A stretch of DNA of 64,000 nt from an uncultured Gammaproteobacteria bacterium (lineage in GTDB: Bacteria; Patescibacteriota; Microgenomatia; Daviesbacterales; UBA10151): NCBI GenBank assembly GCA_964649615.1, contig CAZYPW010000002.1, forward strand, positions 2,969 through 66,968, read 5' to 3'. Positions 31,240 through 40,445 of this stretch are shown one piece after another; the first letter of the stretch is position 1; every line of letters begins with the position of its first letter. The translations under genes were made by a program, and so were the position numbers. The notes below the pieces were generated by a model, which was not told the origin of the DNA, searched no databases, and was given only the letters and a program-made list of their open reading frames with translations.

Positions 31240-31758
31240 ATGTTAAATATACAAATGCAAAATAAATCGAAAATGTATAAAAATATGCAGTCTGACGAGC
31301 TTGCTGCCTCAATAGGTTCTTTAGTCTGGGAATCACCTAGAAAAATGCCAGCTCATTTTACAAGTAAAACTAATGGCAGTTCTCAATCATTTATGGTTGA
31401 TTTTGAAGATATAGATCCAAAAGATGAATACGAGATGGCATCTACCGCCTGGAATAAACTCGGAGAATATATCAAACCGGAGGATGGGATTACAGAAAAG
31501 CAGTCTATGGCTATTCTTCGCTGCGGAGAGGATATTATGATCGCTTCATACATTACTCAAAAAATAGGCAGAATTGAAGTTATTGAAAATGTAGTTTCAG
31601 GATTAACTGAAAAAAATAGCGGTTCCTGGCCGGATGATCTTGGTATTCCGCAGGTATTTGAAACTGAATCGGCAAAAAACTGGTTTGATTTTTGCAAGGA
31701 ATTTGGTGTACAGATGGCAGCAGGAAAAGCTAGCGTACATCCGGTAGAAGGTCTATAA
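31240..31758 (+). CDS. Hypothetical protein
   Basis: ORF only. Confidence 0.3.
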   Translation: MLNIQMQNKSKMYKNMQSDELAASIGSLVWESPRKMPAHFTSKTNGSSQSFMVDFEDIDPKDEYEMASTAWNKLGEYIKPEDGITEKQSMAILRCGEDIMIASYITQKIGRIEVIENVVSGLTEKNSGSWPDDLGIPQVFETESAKNWFDFCKEFGVQMAAGKASVHPVEGL

Positions 31759-31769
31759 TAATTGACCCC

Positions 31770-33059
31770 ATGCCTAATGAGAAAATTATATGTGCACTTG
31801 ATATTGGAACCTCAAAAATAGCCACACTGATTGCCTCAATAGGAGTAAACAACAGGATAAATTTAATAGGAGCTTCATCAGTTACTTCCAAAGGAATTAG
31901 AAAAGGTCAGGTAGTAGATATTGAATCCGCCTCACAGTCAATTATAGAAAGTGTTGAGAGTGCAGAAAGAATGGCAGGCATCTCAATTTCCTCTGCTTAC
32001 ATCTCAATAGGTGGACCTCATATTGAAAGCATAAATACTCATGCTGTGGTGGCAGTTTCAAAGGCAGGGTCAGATATTGATGAGAAAGATTTAGGAAGGC
32101 TTAATGAAATAGCACAGGCTGTCTCCTTACCTTCTTCAAGACAGATACTTCACTCACTCCCGATCAGTTACACAATTGATGGTCAGCATGGCATTAAAAA
32201 CCCCTTAAATATGGCTGGGACGCGTCTTGAGAGTGAAACCCATATTATTAGCGGTTCCAGCGTTGCTATAAGCAACTTAATTAAATGCTTGCAAAAGGTG
32301 GATGTAGAAATTGAGGAGATAATATTTTCCGGTATTGCCTCATCAGAGTCAGTTTTAACCCAAACAGAAAAAGAATTAGGGGTTGTACTCTTAGACATAG
32401 GATATGACACTACAGATGTAGTGATATTTGTTGATGGAGCAATTACCTATTCTTCTGTTTTACCAATAGGGGCAAGATACATAACAAATGATCTGGCAAT
32501 AGGATTAAAGGTTTCACTGGAATCAGCAGAAAAGATAAAACTTAAATTATCTGATCCGGAATTAACAAAAAGTGATCCAGAAACTCTTGATAAAAATGAA
32601 AAGAATAAAAATAATCCAGATTTATTAGACCTTAAAACACTTGGTATATCAGAAGAAACAGAGAAAATATCCATAAAATCTGCCAGGGATACCATCATCC
32701 GCTCCAGATCAAGGGAGATATTTGAGCTAATTCAAAAAGAACTTAAAAGGAGTGGGTATGGTTTGCATATACCTTTTGGGGTTGTCATATCCGGTGGAGG
32801 AGCATTAACAGTAGGATTACCAGATGTAGCAAAATACATTTTAGGTTTTCCGGCAAGAATAGGAGTACCAGATGGATTTACCGGTCTTTCAGATGAGACA
32901 GATTCTCCGGAATTTGCTGTTTCATCTGGACTAATCCTCTATGCACTTAATAATCAGGATATAGAAAAACAACATAATTTCCGGATATTAGGTAGAAATT
33001 TACCCTTTAAAAAGTGGTTTGATCAGATTAAAAGATTTATTAAACAATTACTACCCTAA
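31770..33059 (+). CDS. FtsA-like actin-family ATPase
   Basis: ICALDIGTSKIATLI phosphate-1 motif, DIGYDTTDVVIF phosphate-2 motif, 429 aa. No ftsZ nearby. Confidence 0.6.
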   Translation: MPNEKIICALDIGTSKIATLIASIGVNNRINLIGASSVTSKGIRKGQVVDIESASQSIIESVESAERMAGISISSAYISIGGPHIESINTHAVVAVSKAGSDIDEKDLGRLNEIAQAVSLPSSRQILHSLPISYTIDGQHGIKNPLNMAGTRLESETHIISGSSVAISNLIKCLQKVDVEIEEIIFSGIASSESVLTQTEKELGVVLLDIGYDTTDVVIFVDGAITYSSVLPIGARYITNDLAIGLKVSLESAEKIKLKLSDPELTKSDPETLDKNEKNKNNPDLLDLKTLGISEETEKISIKSARDTIIRSRSREIFELIQKELKRSGYGLHIPFGVVISGGGALTVGLPDVAKYILGFPARIGVPDGFTGLSDETDSPEFAVSSGLILYALNNQDIEKQHNFRILGRNLPFKKWFDQIKRFIKQLLP

Positions 33060-33628
33060 GTAGCGATCTGATTGCTAGCCTTTTCTTTCTCTCTTTTCTC
33101 TCGAATTGCATCATCATATCGTTTTTTACCATGAGTAATCTCCAATCTTTTAATTTTTGCATCTAATTCTTCATTTGTTAAATCATCATTAGGATCATGG
33201 TACATTTGCCTTTGTTCAGCCAGCTTGTAATACCCCTTTAATCTGTAAATCATATCTATAGTTCTGATTATCATGCTGTTATCAGGTTGCCGGTAATATG
33301 CAATAATCCTTTTATCTAATCTGGCTATGTTTAATAATTTGTAGCCTCTTCCTCCTTTGAAAATAGCTTGAATATCTTGATCTGATGTATCTAAAGAAAA
33401 ACTCATTGATCTAATCTTATGAGCAAATAATAATTCTCTTGTGAGCATTACTAACACCTCATCTGGAAAGTAATCTCCCATCAACTCTTTCCATCCCTTG
33501 CTTTCAGTAAGTTTTTGAGGGTTTTTAGCCATAGCAGGAGAATAACCTACAGCAAGCATAGCCTTTCCCATATTTCCACCAAATTCCACCATTTTTTTAA
33601 GTACCAGTTTCTGTTTTAAAGTTGCCAT
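33056..33628 (-). CDS. Phage terminase small subunit-like protein
   Basis: N-terminal HTH AMLAVGYSPAMAKNPQKLTE resembling the TerS A(G)YS..A...A motif. Confidence 0.4.
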   Translation of the reverse strand: MATLKQKLVLKKMVEFGGNMGKAMLAVGYSPAMAKNPQKLTESKGWKELMGDYFPDEVLVMLTRELLFAHKIRSMSFSLDTSDQDIQAIFKGGRGYKLLNIARLDKRIIAYYRQPDNSMIIRTIDMIYRLKGYYKLAEQRQMYHDPNDDLTNEELDAKIKRLEITHGKKRYDDAIREKREKEKASNQIAT

Positions 33629-33703
33629 ATTTTAATCTTACTCCATAACTTTAATAGACAACTAATTTAATCTGGGCGTATAATCCCCTTACTTAAATCA
33701 CAA

Positions 33704-34177
33704 ATGAAGAAAGTCAGGAATTTATTCTATATCTTAGGTGGCTTAACTCTATTGGTTCTGGGGTGGATTGCAATAGTAAGACTATTAGGTTTCCAGATTA
33801 ACAAAGAGTTTTTCATACCTTTTGATAAACAACAATGCATACAAAGAGAGTATCCTACTTATCCCAACCATTCAGGTATTGCCGGTTGTGTGTTCTGGTC
33901 AAGACATGATGATCTGGAATTAAAGCAGAATTGGATAGCCTTGTTTGAAAGGGATGCTACTTACTGCAATCAAACTTATGGAAATATAGATGATGCTGAC
34001 TTTGCAGAGAGTTTGCACAGAAGGCTTACAGAAGGTAGAGACCCCAAGTGTGATTATGAAGGTGTCAGACAGATAAAAAGGAATGAGAACTGGGATTATT
34101 TAATCTCAAAAGATAAAGATCAGTTTTACTACTCCTGTGTTGAGCAACTTTGTCCAAGTAAAAGTTTGTTTAAATGA
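33704..34177 (+). CDS. Secreted Cys-containing hypothetical protein
   Basis: N-terminal TM/signal and several Cys. Confidence 0.3.
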   Translation: MKKVRNLFYILGGLTLLVLGWIAIVRLLGFQINKEFFIPFDKQQCIQREYPTYPNHSGIAGCVFWSRHDDLELKQNWIALFERDATYCNQTYGNIDDADFAESLHRRLTEGRDPKCDYEGVRQIKRNENWDYLISKDKDQFYYSCVEQLCPSKSLFK

Positions 34178-35208
34178 AAATAACTAATGTTAAGAAACTA
34201 TTTTCAGGTAAAAAGAAATTCCTAACAATACCAATTGCCAGTGTACTTGGATTTACGGTATTGCCCTTTCTGGTAGGTGGTTTACTAGTCTGGTTATCAT
34301 ATAAAAAGATTGGGAATATTAAACTTAGATTTACAGCTTTAGCAGTAGTTACTTTAATAACATTATTCTTTGGAAGTGCTTGGGTAGCTGGACTAACTTC
34401 TCCAAGTGAACCTAAGCCACAGACAGAACAGGTACAACAAGAAGTCCAAATTGATCCTAATACTTCCCAAGCTACAAAGCCAAGTGAGCCTTCTGCCTCA
34501 CCCTCTGTATTCAAAGCTCAAACTGCACCGAATAATCCAACTATCCAACTTGCTAAAGTTACTAAAGTTATAGATGGAGATACTATTGAAGTTGATCTGG
34601 GTGAAGAGAATATAAAAAGAGTTAGGTATATTGGTATTGATACTCCTGAAAGTGTTGATCCTAATCAACCAGTAATGTGTTTTAGCAAAGAAGCAACAGC
34701 AAAGAATAAGGAACTAGTTGAAAATAGCACTGTTGGACTTGAGAAAGATGTATCTGAAACAGACAGGTATGGAAGATTACTTAGGTATGTGTATATGGGA
34801 GACTTATTTATAAATCAGGTGTTAGTTGCAGAAGGATATGCCCACTCCTCATCTTACCCTCCGGATATAAAATATCAGGATAAATTCAGACAAGCAGAAC
34901 AAGAAGCTAGAACAGCCAATAAAGGACTGTGGGGATCATGCAATACTCCAACACCAACTCCAACTAGAAAACCTACTACATCAAACTCTACGAGCTCACA
35001 GATAGATACTAATACATCAACAGGAACAAGCAATAGCGGTGGAAGTTGTAAATATTCTTGTAGTAGTCCTGATAGAGATTGTTCAGACTTTTCCTCTCAT
35101 CCAGAAGCACAAACCTTTTTTAACTGCTGTGGATTTACAGCAACAAATGATCCTATGAAACTAGATGCCGTGGGTGTAGGAGATGGAATAGCCTGTGAGA
35201 ATATCTAA
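34174..35208 (+). CDS. Membrane-anchored thermonuclease (SNase) with C-terminal Excalibur calcium-binding domain
   Basis: SNase motifs IDGDTIEV, GIDTPE, RYGRLLRYVY. C-terminal CSDFS...FNCCG...DAVGVGDGIACE Excalibur-type motif. Confidence 0.75.
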   Translation: MKITNVKKLFSGKKKFLTIPIASVLGFTVLPFLVGGLLVWLSYKKIGNIKLRFTALAVVTLITLFFGSAWVAGLTSPSEPKPQTEQVQQEVQIDPNTSQATKPSEPSASPSVFKAQTAPNNPTIQLAKVTKVIDGDTIEVDLGEENIKRVRYIGIDTPESVDPNQPVMCFSKEATAKNKELVENSTVGLEKDVSETDRYGRLLRYVYMGDLFINQVLVAEGYAHSSSYPPDIKYQDKFRQAEQEARTANKGLWGSCNTPTPTPTRKPTTSNSTSSQIDTNTSTGTSNSGGSCKYSCSSPDRDCSDFSSHPEAQTFFNCCGFTATNDPMKLDAVGVGDGIACENI

Positions 35209-35755
35209 TAATCATCTCGAACCTGTATTCAAAGTTTTGTTATTCGGTTTAAAAAAAGCTGGCATTGATTATTGGGTCTACGGAGGAGTAAGTATTGCAG
35301 GTTATGCAGGAAAATTTATTCGTGAAAATAATGATGTAGATATTTTTGTAAGAGAAAAAGATTTTAATAATACTAGATTGATTTTAGATTATTTATGTAA
35401 GCAGAATAATTTTGAACTAATAAATCAGAAACTTTTAAGGAATGGCCGACCGAAGCTAGATATAAAAATTGCTGGAAAAGAGAGATTATCAGTAATTCCA
35501 ATATACTTGAAAGATACTATGGTTGAGTTTAAATTCTGGAAAAGGTCAGAGGAGTATCCTTATCAAATTCTGGAAAAAATGGAAAATAACATATCTGGTT
35601 ACAAGTTTTTTACACCTCCAAATGAATACATTAGAAAACTTTTCCTAAATTATTTAATTTCAAGAAAAGACAAGAAGAATAATCCAAAGATTAAGGACTA
35701 TGATGCAAAAGCGATCCTCACTCTTAAAGAATACACCGAACAATACCTAGCATAA
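35195..35755 (+). CDS. Lnu-like (lincosamide) nucleotidyltransferase family protein
   Basis: YWVYGGVSIAGYAG...NNDVDIFV resembles the Lnu YWLDGGWGVD...HRDIDI pattern and the Pol-beta NTase GS/DxD motifs. Confidence 0.45.
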   Translation: MRISNNHLEPVFKVLLFGLKKAGIDYWVYGGVSIAGYAGKFIRENNDVDIFVREKDFNNTRLILDYLCKQNNFELINQKLLRNGRPKLDIKIAGKERLSVIPIYLKDTMVEFKFWKRSEEYPYQILEKMENNISGYKFFTPPNEYIRKLFLNYLISRKDKKNNPKIKDYDAKAILTLKEYTEQYLA

Positions 35756-35804
35756 AAGTGGAATTTCTTCGATATGTTATTATCTCAATGCAGAAATTTA
35801 ATCT

Positions 35805-36098
35805 ATGTTAAGTTCAATTCCTGGACAACCCTTGTGGATTGTTTTTACCTTTATATTTGTGGGATTGGCAATTTTCCATTTTAACCAGTCAAATAAATCC
35901 ATTAAAAAACCAGAAAATAAAGCTAAAGTAAAAACAATCAATGGCATGAATTTAGGCATAAATGAGTTTATTAACGAGTTTGGAGTTTATGTTGATGATC
36001 TGAACAGACAAAATAGAATTATCAATCTTTTTACTGCCTTTGGATATATAGTTGCGGTTCTCACCTCGATCTACTCTTATTTTCTAAGCTTAAATTAA
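35805..36098 (+). CDS. Small membrane protein
   Basis: Two hydrophobic segments. Confidence 0.3.
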   Translation: MLSSIPGQPLWIVFTFIFVGLAIFHFNQSNKSIKKPENKAKVKTINGMNLGINEFINEFGVYVDDLNRQNRIINLFTAFGYIVAVLTSIYSYFLSLN

Positions 36099-36116
36099 AT
36101 GCTAATACTCTGATGA

Positions 36117-36572
36117 ATGGAGAATAATATAAATACCCCTGATCATATAGTACAAATAGTTGAAATACTGGAAGAACAGGGCCTAAATCAGAAAGATAAT
36201 CTGGTAATAACACCCAATATCAGTACTTGGGCTAGGGAAAATGGTGGTCAAGAAATACCTTTGGACACGATTGGATACTCAATAACTCTTGTTTCAACTA
36301 ATCCTGAAACAGGAGTAGAAACAAGAACTCCGAAAATAGTTCTTAAAAAGATTATTACCAATAATGACCAAGTTCGCATTAAACAGAGGATTTCATATCC
36401 AGTAGATCGTGGTAGGCAAGTTTTTTTAACACCTCTGGAGAAATTCATAGAACACTTAACAAGACATGAGATAGCTCATCAGTTAAACAATATTCCCCAA
36501 GATCGGGAATCTGATGCAGATCAAGTGGCATTGGATCAGATGGGTTTCAGTGAGACATCACAAGGATTCTAA
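36117..36572 (+). CDS. Hypothetical protein with an HExxH motif
   Basis: LTRHEIAHQ could form a small zinc-metallopeptidase-like site. Confidence 0.3.
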   Translation: MENNINTPDHIVQIVEILEEQGLNQKDNLVITPNISTWARENGGQEIPLDTIGYSITLVSTNPETGVETRTPKIVLKKIITNNDQVRIKQRISYPVDRGRQVFLTPLEKFIEHLTRHEIAHQLNNIPQDRESDADQVALDQMGFSETSQGF

Positions 36573-36932
36573 TCTTGTTTCTTTTTTGCTTTTTAAGAAG
36601 ATTTTCTTTGGCTATATCAAAAATTCTATTAAAAGCTCTTTGTACACGTTCTTCACTATCCGGAGAATTAACAAAATGATACCTTATTGTGAGTGGTTTT
36701 ATTTTTCTACCCATTTTACTTAGTAAGTAATTCTATCTTTCTTCGTTTTCATACTAACAATATTCAGCTTTGCATCCGGACTATTAAGATCAACTCTTTT
36801 TAGTAAATTCATCAAGGTTTGAATTAAGTTTTTCGATTTAAGATATCTTTTACTCTTTATCATAGATATTATTTCATAACTGAACACTTTAATTACTCAA
36901 AAGAAGCTAGCAGACTTGAGCATTTATAGTAC

Positions 36933-37361
36933 TCATTTTTTCTTTAAACCAAGAATATCACTCAATAAGTCAGATACCTCACCAGTTGATAAAGATGGAG
37001 TGTTTGATTTAGGAATACCAGATAGAAGATCAAGGAGTGGAGAAGAATTAGTTGCACGGCTGGACATAACTTTCAGTTTCAGATTTTGATTATTCTTTTG
37101 ACTAAACCATTCCCAGGCATCTTTGTTTAAAACCCCATTGTAATCGCTTATATCCACTTTAATTACTAGAAATGATAACCCTTGAAAACTAGTAATAATT
37201 CTATCGGATATATATTTAGAGCTACTGGTAGTACTAATGACATAAACATTAGGAAGATAGTGCCACCAATCTGTAACGGTTGAGATATGGGTAACTACAT
37301 TATGAATCTGATTGGAATCAAATCCTTCCAGATTATTAAAGACTATAAGATAGTAGCTCAT
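36933..37361 (-). CDS. Hypothetical protein
   Basis: ORF only. Confidence 0.3.
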   Translation of the reverse strand: MSYYLIVFNNLEGFDSNQIHNVVTHISTVTDWWHYLPNVYVISTTSSSKYISDRIITSFQGLSFLVIKVDISDYNGVLNKDAWEWFSQKNNQNLKLKVMSSRATNSSPLLDLLSGIPKSNTPSLSTGEVSDLLSDILGLKKK

Positions 37362-37768
37362 TTTGTCTCCTTTCTTAAAACTCTAATTTTCCCAGTTACT
37401 TCGGAATTTACTTCCGAAGTAACTATAGTTGGTTGTACAAGCTCTGCATCAGGTGGTGGTAAATGTAAGCCTTTTTTTTTATTTCCAATTTCATTTTGGA
37501 ATTTTAATACAGTTAAAAATGATTTAGCATCTAAAAATAGGTGCGGTTTTAAAGGAAGAAGTATATGAAAATATACTGATTCCAAAAAATAATAAGAAAT
37601 GAAAACAAAAAAAGGAATAATTGAATCTATTTTAAAAGAAAATATCGTACAAAAGATACCAAGAATAATTAACCTGTGAAGAAATATTTTAGTAGCCCCA
37701 GTTCTAAAAAGAACTTGCAGCGTACTTTGACCCCACTTATATAACCAACTTTCTGTATCGTTTCCCAT
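37358..37768 (-). CDS. Hypothetical membrane protein
   Basis: Hydrophobic ORF. Confidence 0.3.
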   Translation of the reverse strand: MGNDTESWLYKWGQSTLQVLFRTGATKIFLHRLIILGIFCTIFSFKIDSIIPFFVFISYYFLESVYFHILLPLKPHLFLDAKSFLTVLKFQNEIGNKKKGLHLPPPDAELVQPTIVTSEVNSEVTGKIRVLRKETK

Positions 37769-37837
37769 AAATCAGCTTTGCCCAGCTGAATTATCTTTTA
37801 TATCTAATTTAAAAGCAAATCCTATTGAATGCCTGTG

Positions 37838-37906
37838 CCTAATTGTTGCAAAGTTTTATATTGATATAATATGCTTTGAAAGAGGTGTTCAAGATTTTCA
37901 CCCTTG
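37838..37906. repeat. About 69-bp promoter-like direct repeat, copy 1
   Basis: About 85% identical to 39607-39675. Contains TTGTTG/TTGCAA and TATAAT-like hexamers and a conserved 3' segment agaggtgttcaagatttt. Confidence 0.6.
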
Positions 37907-38012
37907 AACCCGCATTTTAGGATTTAGGCACAAATTAGTACAAATAGTGTTCAGTGGCTTCTTGATTTTGAGGCTAAAAGTGTTCTAGTCCTATCAAGCG
38001 ATAAACCTAGAT

Positions 38013-39581
38013 TTATAAGAAACATTTTGTTTGTGATTTAAAAAAGTCTCGGTATCTTTCTGATTCGTTTATGATATTACCTTTGTCTAGTCTTAATACA
38101 TATATATGGGCTAACGGTGTCTTATTCTTGTGCGTAAACTGACCCTCTAAGGTATTTACTACTATTTCTTCTCCACATAGCATTTTTTTAATAGCCCCTT
38201 CATCATACAAAAGAACAGGAAAATCTTGTAAATTTGTTATATTTCTGTTTACAGCAAAAGGTATAGTTAATGACCAATCCAGAAGCATTAAACGGTTTGG
38301 ATCCTGACCAGTGTAGACAAAAATATCATCAGTCTCACCTTTTGGCACAAAATTATCTATCTGATCCCAAACCTGGTTTACAGCGGTCACGGATCGGTAG
38401 GGTAACTGAGATGACAAAAGTATGTTTGTGTAGAATATATTTAATCCTAAAACCAACATACAAGCAGATAAAAAATATTTCCTATTTAAAGATGAGATAA
38501 AAGTAGATATCAAATAAATTAAGCCTATTGACGGTAGTGTCAGGTACCTATAAGAGGTTCCTGCGGTTACATAACTATAAAACCACCAGTTTGGTAGGTA
38601 GGCTATCGGTATAAACAATAAGAAAAATAATCGCCATTGAAGTTTGTCTATCCTAAGTTTCAGAAATCTAATTATTGTTACACATAGGAAAACGAATAAT
38701 AAGAAACATGATAATAATGAAAGGAAAGTAGGAGAAGATAAACCAGCAATTTCCTGTATGGGTATAATCCAACCAATTGAGAGATTACCGATAGAAGCAA
38801 AGAAGTTACTTATTCTGGGGATAAAATCTCCTGAAATAATGCCAATTGATTCAGTAGACCTAGATACTAGACCGCCCGTTCCTTTACCTTGTAAAATTGA
38901 AAAAGTCAGTAAAAGCAAAAATAAAAAGGTTGTTATTCGGAGTATTGCTAATTTTGCTTTTCTTTGACTGGGGCTTTTTATGAAGCTAAAAATATCCCAA
39001 ATCAATATTAAAGCAGGGAGACCTGCGGCTCTTGCAGGAGAGATAAAAATACTTATCAATAAAAATGGCAGGGAATAGATCAAACCAATTAGGCTATTTT
39101 CTTCAAAAGATTTTACCCAATAGTAAAATCCAATCCCAAAAAATATTACAATTAGAGCTGCTGCATGATTACTGGCCCAAGTAAATGATTCTATCCCAAC
39201 AACAGAGGTTGAGAAAAATAAGCCTGCTAAAGCAGCTGTCCGATATGATCTAGTAACTCCTAGAATCATCAATGAGACGCTAAGGGAAGCTAATATTTTC
39301 AATATAAGACCTTCTATTTGCCAGTAAAAAGGATTTAAACCAAAGATTGGTCCAAAAAACATTTGCTCAATAGTCATACCAGGATGATCTGGTAATCCAA
39401 GGAGAGTTAAGAGTAACTCTGGTTTGTAATATGCCATCCAAAGACGGCTCCAATCATCCTTCCAAAAATGAAAATTTAGGGACTGCCAAGAACTGATAAA
39501 TACTAAAAAGGTTATTAAAAAGATATAAAGTAGAACTGATTTTATTGACGGTAGAGAGAATCTATAGTTATCATTTTGCAT
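38013..39581 (-). CDS. Polytopic membrane protein, GT-C-like glycosyltransferase candidate
   Basis: Twelve or more hydrophobic segments and an early acidic DDW motif in loop 1. 522 aa. Confidence 0.4.
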   Translation of the reverse strand: MQNDNYRFSLPSIKSVLLYIFLITFLVFISSWQSLNFHFWKDDWSRLWMAYYKPELLLTLLGLPDHPGMTIEQMFFGPIFGLNPFYWQIEGLILKILASLSVSLMILGVTRSYRTAALAGLFFSTSVVGIESFTWASNHAAALIVIFFGIGFYYWVKSFEENSLIGLIYSLPFLLISIFISPARAAGLPALILIWDIFSFIKSPSQRKAKLAILRITTFLFLLLLTFSILQGKGTGGLVSRSTESIGIISGDFIPRISNFFASIGNLSIGWIIPIQEIAGLSSPTFLSLLSCFLLFVFLCVTIIRFLKLRIDKLQWRLFFLLFIPIAYLPNWWFYSYVTAGTSYRYLTLPSIGLIYLISTFISSLNRKYFLSACMLVLGLNIFYTNILLSSQLPYRSVTAVNQVWDQIDNFVPKGETDDIFVYTGQDPNRLMLLDWSLTIPFAVNRNITNLQDFPVLLYDEGAIKKMLCGEEIVVNTLEGQFTHKNKTPLAHIYVLRLDKGNIINESERYRDFFKSQTKCFL

Positions 39582-39606
39582 GACTTAATAATACTAGATT
39601 GTTACT

Positions 39607-39675
39607 CCTAATTGTTGCAATGTTTTGTATTGGTATATTAAACTTTGGTAGAGGTGTTCAAGATTTTTACCTTCG
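39607..39675. repeat. About 69-bp promoter-like direct repeat, copy 2
   Basis: See copy 1. Lies upstream of the LysM gene and overlaps the TTG-initiated 5' extension of track ORF 39645. Confidence 0.6.
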
Positions 39676-39767
39676 GTCCCCAGCAAGTTTGCCCCTTGAC
39701 AAAATTTGTAAAAAATATTAAAAAGAGGTTGCAAACTGCTTCATGGTATTTCTCTGTCCCCAAAATT

Positions 39768-40421
39768 ATGGCTAAACTTCCTTCAAGTAAAAGTAATAAA
39801 CCAGCTTCTCAATCTGTTTCTAGTTATTGGCAGAATTTAGAAAGTGAAGTTTCTAATAATCAATCTAAAATTAGCATGATTTTGGGAAGCCTGATTATTT
39901 TTGTAGTGGTTTTATTAATTTTTAATTTCTTCAATAAAAACAAATCATCTTTAGGCCCAGCTCAAACAACCGAAAGCACAAGTGAGCAACAAGATGTCAG
40001 CCCTGAAAACCTACCGGGTAAATATACAGTTAAAGAAGGAAACACTTTATTTTTAATTGCAGAAAAATATTATAGTGATGGATATAAATTTACAGAGATT
40101 GCTAAAGCAAATAATATTAGTGATGTAAATGCAATTACTGTTGGCCAAACCTTAGAAATTCCTAAATTAGAAGCTGTGGAAGTGGCAGAATCTACACCCG
40201 CACCAATTACTATTCCAGCAGGTACACCAGAAGTATCTGCCAGCGATTATGGACCTGCCATTACTGCTAACACCTACACAGTGGTAGAGGGCGATTGGCT
40301 CTCCACTATAGCTGCAAGAGCTTATGGGGATATATTTGCTTACCCAAAAATTGCCCAGGCCAATAATATTACTAACCCTGATTACATCACCCCGGGAATG
40401 GTTTTAACTATCCCCAGATAA
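39768..40421 (+). CDS. Membrane-anchored protein with two LysM domains
   Basis: Two LysM repeats (YTVKEGNTLFLIAEKYY...LEIP and YTVVEGDWLSTIAARAYGD...LTIP) after a TM helix. ATG at MAKLPS preferred over the TTG extension. Confidence 0.75.
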   Translation: MAKLPSSKSNKPASQSVSSYWQNLESEVSNNQSKISMILGSLIIFVVVLLIFNFFNKNKSSLGPAQTTESTSEQQDVSPENLPGKYTVKEGNTLFLIAEKYYSDGYKFTEIAKANNISDVNAITVGQTLEIPKLEAVEVAESTPAPITIPAGTPEVSASDYGPAITANTYTVVEGDWLSTIAARAYGDIFAYPKIAQANNITNPDYITPGMVLTIPR

Positions 40422-40445
40422 TCAATTTTTTGGTATATTTACCAT

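Noticed and set aside
36538-36723. Minus-strand small ORF MGRKIKPLTIRYHFVNSPDSEERVQRAFNRIFDIAKENLL... (about 61 aa) below the track cutoff
   Set aside because: It could be a small RHH/Arc-like DNA-binding protein next to the HExxH gene, but it has no decisive motif and overlaps the 3' end of ORF 36117-36572. Not called as a feature.
39645-39767. TTG-initiated 5' extension of the LysM ORF
   Set aside because: The extension overlaps the promoter-like repeat. The ATG at MAKLPS with a TM helix right after is the more plausible start. The conserved leader peptide in the repeat is noted as a finding instead.
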